DNA from: an uncultured Veillonella sp.
GTDB taxonomy: Bacteria; Bacillota; Negativicutes; Veillonellales; Veillonellaceae
Direction of reading: 5' to 3'
Length of the DNA: 64,000 bases
Assembly (NCBI RefSeq): GCF_900545795.1
Contig: NZ_URAR01000003.1
Location: forward strand, 2,490 to 66,489
Part shown: positions 52,664-62,217 of the stretch, piece after piece
Numbering within the stretch: position 1 is the stretch's first letter
Layout: each line of letters begins with the position of its first letter
Program-made: the position numbers and the translations under genes
Notes under the pieces: model-generated
Database searches by the model: none
What the model saw: the letters and a program-made list of their open reading frames with translations, nothing else
What the model was told of the DNA's origin: nothing

Positions 52664-54667
52664 TTAGACGGACGCTAATTCTTCCCAGGCTTCATACAAT
52701 TTTTCTAAAGAGGCATTAGTCTCTTCCATGGCCTTTGAAGTTTCACTGAGTAAGTCTGGATCATTAATGACTTCAGGATTTTGTAATTGCACTTCATACA
52801 TTTTAATCGTCGCTTCTAAACGGCTAATCTCCGTCTCCACTTCCGCCAATTTCTTAGCTTGCATAAAAGCATTAATTTTTTTAGTCGGTCCTGATTCATT
52901 ATTTTGGAGACCTGACGAACTTTGCCCTTCGCTTAATTGACCTTGAGGCCCTGTAGATACGCTACTATCTCCCCCATCATTACTATTGCCTACACCATGA
53001 TGATTGGTTTCACTAGTATTGTTATTCGATTTCGAACTTCCTAGCAGTCGAGACTCTTCTTCTTTAGCAGCTAGCGCCTTTTGCTCGTTCAACTTTTCCT
53101 TGTAGTAAGAATAGTTACCTTCATAAGAATCTACACCCTCCGGCTGTAAAACTAAGGTGCGCTTTGCTACTTTATCTAAAAAATAACGGTCATGTGATAC
53201 GACTAGTAAAGTGCCAGTAAATTCCATGAGAGCCTCTTCCACCACTTCACGAGTGGGAATATCTAAATGGTTTGTCGGTTCATCAAGAATTAAGAAATTA
53301 TCGCCTTGCAAAAATAATTTCAACAAACTCAAGCGAGCGCGCTCGCCACCAGATAATTCCTTAACCAGTTTGAATACATCATCCCCTCTAAAAAGGAACA
53401 TGCCCAATACATTTCGAGCCTTTTCTTCGCTATAATTAAACTCGCTCATAATTTCTTCCGCCACCGACCAATTAGGATGCAATTCCTCATGGTCTTGCGA
53501 AAAATAACCGATAGAAACACGACTGCCGATATCAATAAAGCCCGCTTCTGGCACAAGATCGCCAACAATAGACTTTAAAATAGTCGATTTGCCAGCACCA
53601 TTAGGCCCAATTAAGGCTACTGCTTCTCCGCGACGAACCATAAAGCTCACATCTTCTACAATATCGCGCGCCCCATAGGATAAGAAGAGTTCTTCCACAG
53701 TGAGCACTTTGTCAGCACTAATTTGAGCTTTAGGGAATACAAATTTTAAATTTTCAGATGTTTCTGGTGCATCTAACCGCTCCAAGCGATTTAATTGGGA
53801 CTGACGACCTCGCGCCATTTTACTCTTAATGCCAGCTCTGTATTTATCAATATATTCTTCTGTTTTTCGAATATATTCTTGTTGCTTATCATAGGCTGTT
53901 TGCTGAGCTTTACGCTGTGCTTCTCGCTGCTCCACATAACGACTATAATTACCGCGATAACTTTGTGCCACCTCATGGTCAAGCTCAACAATTCGCGTAG
54001 TTACACGGTCTAAAAAATATCGGTCATGGCTAATAATTAAAATGCCGCCACCATAAGAAGTTAAATAGTTTTCTAACCACTCCAACATATCCATGTCGAG
54101 ATGATTGGTAGGCTCATCTAAAAACAAAAAATGTGGGCGACGAACTAAGGCCTTAGCTAGATTGATACGAGTCTTTTGACCACCAGAAAATTCTGAAACT
54201 GATTTAGTCAAATCCTCATCACTAAAACCAAGACCATAAGCAATCCGGCGAGTTTGCATTTCATAGTCATAGCCACCTAACCACTCTAAGCGGTCTTGAA
54301 TTTGCTCCAACCGCTTTAGTAAACTCTCATTTTGAGGATCTGTTTCTAACGCTGCTGTAACAGCCTGTAGCTCTTTTTCCCAATGCTGTACATCGGCAAA
54401 AGCTTTCTGAATTTCTACGGCCAAACTTTCATCGCCTAAATTAATATCTTGTTGTAAATAGCCAATCGTAGTTACTGAATCTTTTACAACTTGGCCATCA
54501 TCTAATTCTTCAATACCTAAAATACATTTCATCAATGTTGATTTCCCAGCCCCATTAGGACCTACGAGACCTACTCGTTCGCCGCGTTTAATCTCAAATG
54601 AAACATTGGAGAACACGCTGCGAATCCCAAAGGACTTGGATAAACCAATCATACGGATTCGTTCCAT
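52664..54667 (-). CDS. ABC-F family ATPase (tandem ABC domains, no TMD; Uup/YheS/EttA-like)
   Basis: Two Walker A motifs (GPNGAGKST x2), two ABC signatures (LSGGQKTR, LSGGERAR), an inter-domain linker, and a C-terminal coiled coil preceded by an S/N/G-rich low-complexity segment. Confidence 0.85.
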   Translation of the reverse strand: MERIRMIGLSKSFGIRSVFSNVSFEIKRGERVGLVGPNGAGKSTLMKCILGIEELDDGQVVKDSVTTIGYLQQDINLGDESLAVEIQKAFADVQHWEKELQAVTAALETDPQNESLLKRLEQIQDRLEWLGGYDYEMQTRRIAYGLGFSDEDLTKSVSEFSGGQKTRINLAKALVRRPHFLFLDEPTNHLDMDMLEWLENYLTSYGGGILIISHDRYFLDRVTTRIVELDHEVAQSYRGNYSRYVEQREAQRKAQQTAYDKQQEYIRKTEEYIDKYRAGIKSKMARGRQSQLNRLERLDAPETSENLKFVFPKAQISADKVLTVEELFLSYGARDIVEDVSFMVRRGEAVALIGPNGAGKSTILKSIVGDLVPEAGFIDIGSRVSIGYFSQDHEELHPNWSVAEEIMSEFNYSEEKARNVLGMFLFRGDDVFKLVKELSGGERARLSLLKLFLQGDNFLILDEPTNHLDIPTREVVEEALMEFTGTLLVVSHDRYFLDKVAKRTLVLQPEGVDSYEGNYSYYKEKLNEQKALAAKEEESRLLGSSKSNNNTSETNHHGVGNSNDGGDSSVSTGPQGQLSEGQSSSGLQNNESGPTKKINAFMQAKKLAEVETEISRLEATIKMYEVQLQNPEVINDPDLLSETSKAMEETNASLEKLYEAWEELASV

Positions 54668-54707
54668 TCCTTAATTCCTCCGTTCTACACTATCACTGCT
54701 TATTATA

Positions 54708-55916
54708 TCACAGTCCAGAGGAATTTGATTGGGGCAAGAGCTCCGCTTTTACAAAAATATATAATTCAACCGTGTCCTTAGTTTTTCTAGCATGCTGAAA
54801 TAATTTCCCCAATAGAGGAATATCTCCTAGTAAAGGGATTTTTGATGATTGTTTACTCCAGCGATTATCCATTAACCCCCCAATTACTAGTACATCACCT
54901 TTATTGAGATGCACCCGCGTCTCAGCTTGACGCGTCGTAATGCGATAGGCCTTTAATTCATTAACCATAGTGGGACTACTCACTTCTGCATAGATGTCCG
55001 CATCTACCCCTGAGTCAGCACTAATTGTAGGTACACAGGTAAGGCGTATCCCAGCTTCCTCATATTCTACCGTGGTGCGACTGTCTGTGCCCTCCTTAGT
55101 CTCTACGAGCACAGGAATACGATCACCGATGAGAATTTTAGCCTTTTCTCCATTTACTGTCGTAATAGAAGGTCTTGCAATAAGAACCGTATTGCCTTTA
55201 TTTTCTTGAGCCTTAAGCTCCGGCTTTACAAAAAAATTATAGGGCTCACCACTAGGTGCTTTACCAAAGCGAATACCGCCATAGGTCCCCGTCTCATCCT
55301 GACCATGACCGGTAAAACTTTGCCACGACCATTGAATACCCGTCTCCTTTAAATAAGAATGTTCCACAGCTACAATGGCAGCTTCAAACCTGACTTGCTG
55401 TGGCACGCGGTCAATTTGATTCAAAACAGTTTTTACATGACGTAACTCCGCATCAGTACCATAGACTAAAACCTGATTAGTATCACTTAGCACATGAATA
55501 TGCTTTTCCTCTACAATTGCCTTAATGGCTTCACCGAGAGAGTTAGCCTTCATATGCTTCGGCTCTATGAGTTCAGCATAGCGTGGCTCTTTATCCTCTA
55601 AACCGCTGCCATTAACAATGATGACGCCCTCTTCTTCAACTAAACTAAAATGCTTCAGCCGTGCTAAGCGCTGTAAGGCTTGACGAGCTGTTTCATTCTG
55701 TAATTTAATACTCACTTTACCAGCCAATGTTTCGGTGCCAATAATATTCAATCCTTCACTGCGCGCAATAGAAGTAACTAAGGAACTTAAACTGCCCTCA
55801 TTTACAGTCATACTCAGCGCCTGCACAGACAGTGGCCTACAAAAATTCATGCAGCCCATTGCAATGAGTATATATAAACCTAGGCGCCCTAAACGCCAAA
55901 ACCAACACATCTGCAT
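54708..55916 (-). CDS. secretin family outer-membrane channel protein (PilQ/GspD/CpaC-like)
   Basis: 402 aa. N-terminal signal and N0/STN-like domain, then a C-terminal secretin domain (VLVIGGLMDNRWSKQSSKIPLLGDIPLLGKLF). Confidence 0.7.
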   Translation of the reverse strand: MQMCWFWRLGRLGLYILIAMGCMNFCRPLSVQALSMTVNEGSLSSLVTSIARSEGLNIIGTETLAGKVSIKLQNETARQALQRLARLKHFSLVEEEGVIIVNGSGLEDKEPRYAELIEPKHMKANSLGEAIKAIVEEKHIHVLSDTNQVLVYGTDAELRHVKTVLNQIDRVPQQVRFEAAIVAVEHSYLKETGIQWSWQSFTGHGQDETGTYGGIRFGKAPSGEPYNFFVKPELKAQENKGNTVLIARPSITTVNGEKAKILIGDRIPVLVETKEGTDSRTTVEYEEAGIRLTCVPTISADSGVDADIYAEVSSPTMVNELKAYRITTRQAETRVHLNKGDVLVIGGLMDNRWSKQSSKIPLLGDIPLLGKLFQHARKTKDTVELYIFVKAELLPQSNSSGL

Positions 55917-55938
55917 TCCCCCTTATTTTATTTAATAT

Positions 55939-56817
55939 TTATGGCAAATATAATCGCTGTGAAGCACCGTCAATCATTATATCCACAAAGGACTCCCCAA
56001 TATATTGAATTGTCACCCCTGCTGGTCCTTCACCCACTGCATAGACACCCTCGCCTTGCGCACTATGCAATATAGCAACTAACTCTACGCCCTGTATTAT
56101 GCCTACTAATGAAATAGACCTAGAATTTAAAGTTTGACTAGTCTCACCTCGCAATGCACCTGAACTTAATACATCATGGCGACTAGTTCCATAATTATTC
56201 ATCAAACTACTTGGCTCTATTGAATCACCATTTAATTCGTCTCCTAAAGCGCCCTTATTATTTCCTGGCATATATGTATTCGACCTACGATTGGGGCGAT
56301 TATTAGACCGATTATTCAAACTATTTCTATCATAATCAAGTTGGCGTCGCCCCTTTGGTGAACTATGATTCAACTTTGAATAAAGTGAGCCCCTTGATTC
56401 ATCTACTAAATTCCCCAATCCATCCAAATCCACCACTTTACTTTGTAAGTCTCTATAAAATGGATTTTTAAAAGGTAGTCCACGAAGCGAAGCATATAAA
56501 CTCATAATCTGCTTCCCCTTCGCGCCTTCTGACTGAGAACTATACTTTGACGCACTAGGCTTCGAATTATGCATTGATGCACTATTATTCGAGTTATCCA
56601 TTGATGCACTAGGCTGCGCATTATACACCGATGTAGCAGACTTTGAATCGTTACCTACCTGCATCTGTCCTGCTTTTGCCGCTTCATTTGATGGCGACTG
56701 CCATTTCATATATAAACCATAAATTAGAACAAGGCAAAATAAAAAGACCGCCCCGTACAAGAGGCGGCCTTTCTTTTTAATTAAAGAACGCATATCTTGA
56801 AGGGTCAGTCTTTTCAT
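55939..56817 (-). CDS. secretin-associated periplasmic protein, PilP/GspC HR-domain-like (putative)
   Basis: 292 aa. N-terminal TM anchor, S/N-rich disordered linker encoded by approximately 27-bp repeats, and a C-terminal beta-domain (ISLVGIIQGVELVAILHSAQGEGVYAVGEGPAGVTIQYIGESFVDIMIDG). Located immediately upstream of the secretin. Confidence 0.4.
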   Translation of the reverse strand: MKRLTLQDMRSLIKKKGRLLYGAVFLFCLVLIYGLYMKWQSPSNEAAKAGQMQVGNDSKSATSVYNAQPSASMDNSNNSASMHNSKPSASKYSSQSEGAKGKQIMSLYASLRGLPFKNPFYRDLQSKVVDLDGLGNLVDESRGSLYSKLNHSSPKGRRQLDYDRNSLNNRSNNRPNRRSNTYMPGNNKGALGDELNGDSIEPSSLMNNYGTSRHDVLSSGALRGETSQTLNSRSISLVGIIQGVELVAILHSAQGEGVYAVGEGPAGVTIQYIGESFVDIMIDGASQRLYLP

Positions 56818-56848
56818 AGGTATATCCTCAAATTATTAGTTAAATGAA

Positions 56849-57835
56849 TTATTTGCTATAGCCATTAGGATGTTTCTGGTGCCAATTCCACGCATCCCCA
56901 ATTACTTGTTTAACTTCGCTATGAACTGGCTTCCAGCCCAATACTTGTTGTGCTTTTTGAGATGACGCAATTAATGTGCCTGGATCCCCAGCACGGCGTT
57001 CTCCATAGAGCACTTTAAAATCAATGCCCGTAACAGCCTTAGTAGTATCAACGATGGACTGCACGCTAAAACCACTGCCACTGCCCAAGTTAAACACATT
57101 GGATTCGCCACCATCTCTTAAATATTCCATGCTTAGAATATGAGCTGATGCTAAATCATTTACGTGAATATAATCGCGCACACAAGTGCCATCTTCCGTA
57201 TCGTAATCAGTGCCAAAAATAGTAATCGCTTCACGCTTACCTAAAGCAGCTTCTAAAATCAATGGGATTAAATGAGTCTCCGGCGTATGGTCCTCACCAA
57301 TTTCACCGCTTTCATCAGCACCGGCTGCATTGAAATAGCGAAGTGCTACATAACGAAGGCCATAAATGGAGCTATAATCTTTAAGCATCTGTTCAATCAT
57401 CAGCTTAGTACGTCCATATACATTAGTAGGATTCAATTCAGAACTCTCTAAAATTGGCACTTCTTTTGGCTCCCCATATACAGCGGCCGTCGAGGAGAAA
57501 ACGAAATATTTTACATTGGCCTTACGAGCTGATTCAATGAGACGATAGGAGCCAACTACATTATTTTCATAGTAAATAGAGGGATTTACCATGGATTCGC
57601 CTACTTGTGAATGCGCAGCAAAATGCATGATTCCTTCCACGCCTTTATCTTGCATCACTTGAGCTAATGAAGGATCCGCAATATCCATTTCAATGAATTC
57701 TACACCCGCTGGCAGAGACTCCACATGGGCACGGGATAAATTGTCCACTACAATGGGCGTATGACCTGCCTTGCAAAGTGCACGCACCGTATGACTGCCA
57801 ATATAGCCCGCCCCACCAGTAACTAAAATCTTCAT
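56849..57835 (-). CDS. galE: UDP-glucose 4-epimerase
   Basis: 328 aa. MKILVTGGAGYIGSH and the YxxxK catalytic pattern of GalE. Confidence 0.9.
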   Translation of the reverse strand: MKILVTGGAGYIGSHTVRALCKAGHTPIVVDNLSRAHVESLPAGVEFIEMDIADPSLAQVMQDKGVEGIMHFAAHSQVGESMVNPSIYYENNVVGSYRLIESARKANVKYFVFSSTAAVYGEPKEVPILESSELNPTNVYGRTKLMIEQMLKDYSSIYGLRYVALRYFNAAGADESGEIGEDHTPETHLIPLILEAALGKREAITIFGTDYDTEDGTCVRDYIHVNDLASAHILSMEYLRDGGESNVFNLGSGSGFSVQSIVDTTKAVTGIDFKVLYGERRAGDPGTLIASSQKAQQVLGWKPVHSEVKQVIGDAWNWHQKHPNGYSK

Positions 57836-57898
57836 GGTAAAATCCCCCTTATGGTAAATGATTAATATACATTCCTAGTATCGTCTAGCACTACAGTC

Positions 57899-59335
57899 TT
57901 ACTTATTTTTATGTGCCGCTAATTTAGGGCCTAATAATTTCTTATATACTTCTACGCCAGGTTGATTAAAAGCATCTACATTGGCCAATTGACCTTCATA
58001 GAAAATAGCCCAACATTGCATAAACATAAATGCACCTAAGAAGAACGCATTTAAAGTTGGCAGTTCAATAGTTAAATTGAAGCGCTTATCCCCTGTTAAA
58101 GCCTCACTATTAGCCTCTAAAGCAGTGTTCATAATAGTCGCTAAATCAAGACCACTAAATGCTTCTAAAGTTGGAATATCAGCATATGTATGAGGCACCA
58201 CTAATTCAGTTTCCCAATCAGCTACTTTCACAAATGTAACTACTTTGTTTAAGCGGCCTTCTTGATGTTCCTGAGTTTGTGCATGCATATCAGTAGTTCC
58301 TACAGCAACTACTGGAGTGCGGCCATAGCGACCAGATTTGTCAGCCTTTTCCTTGCCTAAAGATTCAGCTAATAATTGCACATACCATTCAGCCAAGGAT
58401 TTTAAAGAGTCGCCATAAGGCATCATAACTTCAATGGTACGACCATATTTTTCAGATGCAATATATTTTAGAATGGCACTTAATAATGCTGGATTTTGTA
58501 ACATATTACCACTCTTACAAGCTTGGTCAATTTCCTTGGCACCATCTAAGAATGAACGAATATCAAAGCCAATTACAGCACCGATGATAAGGCCTACTTC
58601 AGTAAATACAGAGAAGCGACCACCTACGCCATCAGGTACAGCAAAAATTGGCCAGTTTTGAGATACGGCAAGCTTATGTAATAAGGTTTCTTTTTCATCA
58701 TCTCGTGGATCTGTTACAGCAATAACTTCTACGCCAATGCCAGCTTGCAACATAGCCTCTTGAACCACCATAAAATTAGACATTGGTTCAATAGTCGAGC
58801 CAGATTTAGAAATGACAATAAGCATTACTTTAAAATCGCTCTCCTTGCGAGCGGCGCTATCTTTTAACGCATCAATTAATTCTTTAGTACGTTTAGAATC
58901 AGCATTATTGCCACTAAAATATAATTGTGGATATCCATTGCGTTGCTCTGCTGTTTTTTGATTCCAAAACTCGCCGCAATGCACATCAAATAAAACTTTA
59001 CCACCTAAATAGGATCCACCAATACCAAAGCTTACTACAGCATCTATAGATTCTTTAGCATGAGCGCCTAAAGCTTCTAAGCGTTTTAAAACGGCTTCAG
59101 AATTTAAATGATCATCTTCAACGTAAGGAAGTTCAGGAAACAATACTTTCTCTGGAGTGCCATCCTTTGACAAATGACCATCTACTACACCATTAAAACG
59201 CACCTTCGCTGCCGCTTTTACAGCATTAGCAACATTATCAAATTCATTGCGCATATCTTCATCAGTTACAGCCCACTCATTTAATACGTTAGTATAATCA
59301 AACGTAAAACCGGAAGGCAATACAATCTTACTCAT
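57899..59335 (-). CDS. pgi: glucose-6-phosphate isomerase
   Basis: PGI signature SKSGSTIEP. Start trimmed to ATG 59335 (MSKIVLPSG..., AAGGAGG RBS). Confidence 0.9.
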   Translation of the reverse strand: MSKIVLPSGFTFDYTNVLNEWAVTDEDMRNEFDNVANAVKAAAKVRFNGVVDGHLSKDGTPEKVLFPELPYVEDDHLNSEAVLKRLEALGAHAKESIDAVVSFGIGGSYLGGKVLFDVHCGEFWNQKTAEQRNGYPQLYFSGNNADSKRTKELIDALKDSAARKESDFKVMLIVISKSGSTIEPMSNFMVVQEAMLQAGIGVEVIAVTDPRDDEKETLLHKLAVSQNWPIFAVPDGVGGRFSVFTEVGLIIGAVIGFDIRSFLDGAKEIDQACKSGNMLQNPALLSAILKYIASEKYGRTIEVMMPYGDSLKSLAEWYVQLLAESLGKEKADKSGRYGRTPVVAVGTTDMHAQTQEHQEGRLNKVVTFVKVADWETELVVPHTYADIPTLEAFSGLDLATIMNTALEANSEALTGDKRFNLTIELPTLNAFFLGAFMFMQCWAIFYEGQLANVDAFNQPGVEVYKKLLGPKLAAHKNK

Positions 59336-59562
59336 AAAGAGCCTCCTTATATCCAATAATTCAATAAATAATTATTACCTGCTAGTTGCTTTACAAACCT
59401 AACAGTGGTAATACATCATTTTAGTTTTAATAATATATTGATTCATTCAATATGTATTCGTACATACTATTGTACCCTTACAGCATATACCATGCAATAG
59501 GTAGTATATGGTTTTCTATGCATTCTACACATTCATCATACATGCATGCCCTGAACAATAGA

Positions 59563-60282
59563 TTAAACTCGAGTTGTGCCGGCTTTAGCTAATTGATCAG
59601 CCCGTTCATTATAGGTAACCCCTGTATGAGCAGCTACTTTATGAAAATGAACTGCCATATTCGCCAAATACGCTTTAACAAATTTAGCATAATATTGAGT
59701 TAATGGATTATTTGTTTTCCATCGCCCTAAGGCCCACATTTCAATCCCCATGTAATCATAATAGAGATGAACAACCTTAGCACCACAGCGCTTTGCTTCT
59801 TTTAGAACATGCATCGAGCCTAGTAATTCACCAGACACATTCCAATAGTTTGTATAAAATGGATCTTTCGTACCGAAAGAGAATTCCCAACTCTCATCAT
59901 TATAAAAAATGATACCACCAGAGCCTACAGCGCCATTGTGCTTATCAAAGCTTCCATCAATATACGCTACCATAGCTTCAGCACTAGCGTCTTGAGGTGC
60001 TATATTCTCTTTTTTAGTAGACCTATTACGTTCTGCCTTATTTACATATGACGAGGTATGACCTGTACTACTCTCCTCCACAGGAAGAACGCCTAATTCA
60101 ATAGCATCCGCTAAACTATAGGACTTTTCTTGAGGCTGTAAAAACTCTTGTGCCTGCACCATAGTTGGAAATGATTTATATATTGCGCCACTATAGCCTT
60201 TTACTTGTGCCTCGCAATCAGCCCAAGTTTCATATATACCAGGCTTACGACCTTGTTGCACTGCATAATATTTTTTTGCCAT
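59563..60282 (-). CDS. rnhA: ribonuclease HI with N-terminal hybrid-binding (caulimovirus viroplasmin-like) domain
   Basis: N-terminal KKYYAVQQGRKPGIYETWADCEAQVKGYSGAIYKSF HBD, then an RNase H fold with the DEDD pattern (YIDGS..., ..E.W..., ...HTG...NERAD). Confidence 0.8.
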   Translation of the reverse strand: MAKKYYAVQQGRKPGIYETWADCEAQVKGYSGAIYKSFPTMVQAQEFLQPQEKSYSLADAIELGVLPVEESSTGHTSSYVNKAERNRSTKKENIAPQDASAEAMVAYIDGSFDKHNGAVGSGGIIFYNDESWEFSFGTKDPFYTNYWNVSGELLGSMHVLKEAKRCGAKVVHLYYDYMGIEMWALGRWKTNNPLTQYYAKFVKAYLANMAVHFHKVAAHTGVTYNERADQLAKAGTTRV

Positions 60283-60344
60283 AAAACACCTTTTACAGAT
60301 TATTCATATACTAATGTAAATTAGTCATCACTAACAGCTGTTTA

Positions 60345-60445
60345 CCAGTAATGCTACCATTAGATTACTCGCAATACTACCGCTAGATTATTCACAATAT
60401 TAACACAATAGATTACGTGTATTACCAACAGTCAATTACCTACAG
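60345..60445. repeat. degenerate approximately 23-bp tandem repeats (TAGATTA/ATTAC motifs)
   Basis: taccattagattactcgcaatac / taccgctagattattcacaatat / taacacaatagattacgtgtat / taccaacagtcaattacctac, upstream of rnhA. Confidence 0.5.
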
Positions 60446-60501
60446 AGCGCTCATAACACTAACAGTAGACTGTATAGAGTACTAATTCATATTTTAAATC
60501 A

Positions 60502-61011
60502 TTACATAGTAAGTTCAGCAAATTCAGCCTTAACAACAGCTTGTAAATCCTTAGGATTTAATTTAACCTGCTTCCCTATAAGGCCTGCACTAACATAGAC
60601 CATATCAAAGGCCTCCATAGTGCTGTCAAAATAAGTGGGAAATAATTTTTTCATGCCTATCGGTGAACAGCCTCCCCGCACATAACCCGTCAAGCCTAAT
60701 AAATCTTTTACATGAATTAACTCCACTGATTTATTACCACTAACGCGCGCTGCTTGTTTGAGATTTAATTCAGCTGCAACAGGGATGCAGAACACAACTG
60801 GGCCGGTTACATTGCCCTTACCTACTAATGTTTTAAATACGCGCTCTTCTGGCAAATGAAGTTCTTCCGCCACATGAACCCCTGCATTACGCCCTACCTG
60901 TTGTGGTTTGCCACCGCTTTCCTCTACCTCATATGTGAGGACTTCGTAATCTATTTTATGCGTATCTAACATGCGCATAGCATTTGTTTTTTTATGATCT
61001 TTTTTGCTCAT
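60502..61011 (-). CDS. ybaK: Cys-tRNA(Pro)/Cys-tRNA(Cys) deacylase YbaK
   Basis: 169 aa. YbaK/ProX deacylase pattern (KTNAMRMLD, GGCSPIG). Confidence 0.8.
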   Translation of the reverse strand: MSKKDHKKTNAMRMLDTHKIDYEVLTYEVEESGGKPQQVGRNAGVHVAEELHLPEERVFKTLVGKGNVTGPVVFCIPVAAELNLKQAARVSGNKSVELIHVKDLLGLTGYVRGGCSPIGMKKLFPTYFDSTMEAFDMVYVSAGLIGKQVKLNPKDLQAVVKAEFAELTM

Positions 61012-61046
61012 ATGAACTCTCCTGCTATGTAATTTCTTAACTTTTA

Positions 61047-62045
61047 CTACTTGTTTAAAATTTTACTTATATTTTTTAATTCAATGCGCAATGTGCCATC
61101 TGGATTGGTTACAATTTCGATGAATTCGCTATTTTTCATATATTCCACGGGGAAACTAATTTCAATGCCTGTGTCAGTTTTAATTTTATGTTTTTCCCCA
61201 ACTTTAGCGGCAAATTCGCGATTTACCGGCAAGGGGCGAAGCATATCTTGTTCTGCTAAAGCTTGTTTAGCCGCCTCTTTTTGTACTGGATTCGCAGCAA
61301 ATACAGTTTCGACAATAATCTCTGGATTAATAGTATCAGATACTTCTGCATTTTTTGAAATCATCGAGCGCACTTCCACTAATTCGGCTACGCCATCCCC
61401 TTCGTGCGCTTTGGCCACTTTATCGACAATGCGGCGCACCTTTGCTACCGTATCACGAGAAGATGGATTGGTGCCAATTTGCAGTACTCTATCAGCTAAA
61501 ATATAAGTTACTTCGCCATCATATTCACCTTTAGGCTCAAAGAGACGAACTGAAAAATCCTCTACATTGATGGCTAAAAAAGAGCGCAATTTTTGGCTTG
61601 GCATTGGCAAAACCGCCCGGTTAGCCACTAGCTTAGTAGATAAGGCGCCACTTTCACCACTCATAGTGCCATGGGTATAGCCATCATGAGCCTGACACAA
61701 AAGTACGCAAATATAAGTGTGATTCGCCGCTGCTTCACAAATAATAGCATCCATTAAACAAGGCTCAGTCGCTTGTTTCATAAAATTGAAAATCGTTTCG
61801 CCTAAGGATTTTCCTAATTCTACTATGGACACTTCACCGTCTCTATATTTACTTATAAGCTGGCCTACAGGGCTAGATGGATTTAGATGCCCTTGTCGTA
61901 AGCCTGGGTCCTTAATGGCTTTTTCCACATGTGCACTAATATAATCTTGGATCGTTTCCTCACCTAATTCGAGTTCACCTTCAGAAAAAACCGCCAAGGA
62001 TGAATGAAAATCAAAAATTTGAAGTACTGCTTTATTTATTTGCAT
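61047..62045 (-). CDS. nucleoid-associated protein, YejK/NdpA (NA37) family (putative)
   Basis: 332 aa, the typical size of this family. The N-terminal pattern (INKAVLQIFD...) resembles YejK by recall. Weak by-eye assignment. Confidence 0.4.
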   Translation of the reverse strand: MQINKAVLQIFDFHSSLAVFSEGELELGEETIQDYISAHVEKAIKDPGLRQGHLNPSSPVGQLISKYRDGEVSIVELGKSLGETIFNFMKQATEPCLMDAIICEAAANHTYICVLLCQAHDGYTHGTMSGESGALSTKLVANRAVLPMPSQKLRSFLAINVEDFSVRLFEPKGEYDGEVTYILADRVLQIGTNPSSRDTVAKVRRIVDKVAKAHEGDGVAELVEVRSMISKNAEVSDTINPEIIVETVFAANPVQKEAAKQALAEQDMLRPLPVNREFAAKVGEKHKIKTDTGIEISFPVEYMKNSEFIEIVTNPDGTLRIELKNISKILNK

Positions 62046-62069
62046 GATTATCCCTTTCTACTTACGCTT

Positions 62070-62106
62070 GAAAAAAGCCTTGTCCCACCAAAGTGGGAAC
62101 AAGGCT
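62070..62106 (-). terminator. rho-independent terminator of the DUF2231 gene
   Basis: 13-bp stem AGCCTTGTCCCAC/GTGGGA(A)CAAGGCT with loop CAAA. UUUUUU follows on the minus strand. Confidence 0.7.
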
Positions 62107-62217
62107 AATCCTCTATGCTAGTACAATAATAAGCTCTTGCATTTAGCTATTAACTAAGACAGCTAAATGAATCTACACAATCTAAAACAATTTATATTGC
62201 TACAGAATCAAGCAAGC

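Noticed and set aside
59448-59484. AT-rich 7-bp hairpin CATATAC...GTATATG followed by GTTTT upstream of pgi
   Set aside because: The stem is too short and AT-rich. It is on the plus strand, where no upstream gene exists to terminate.
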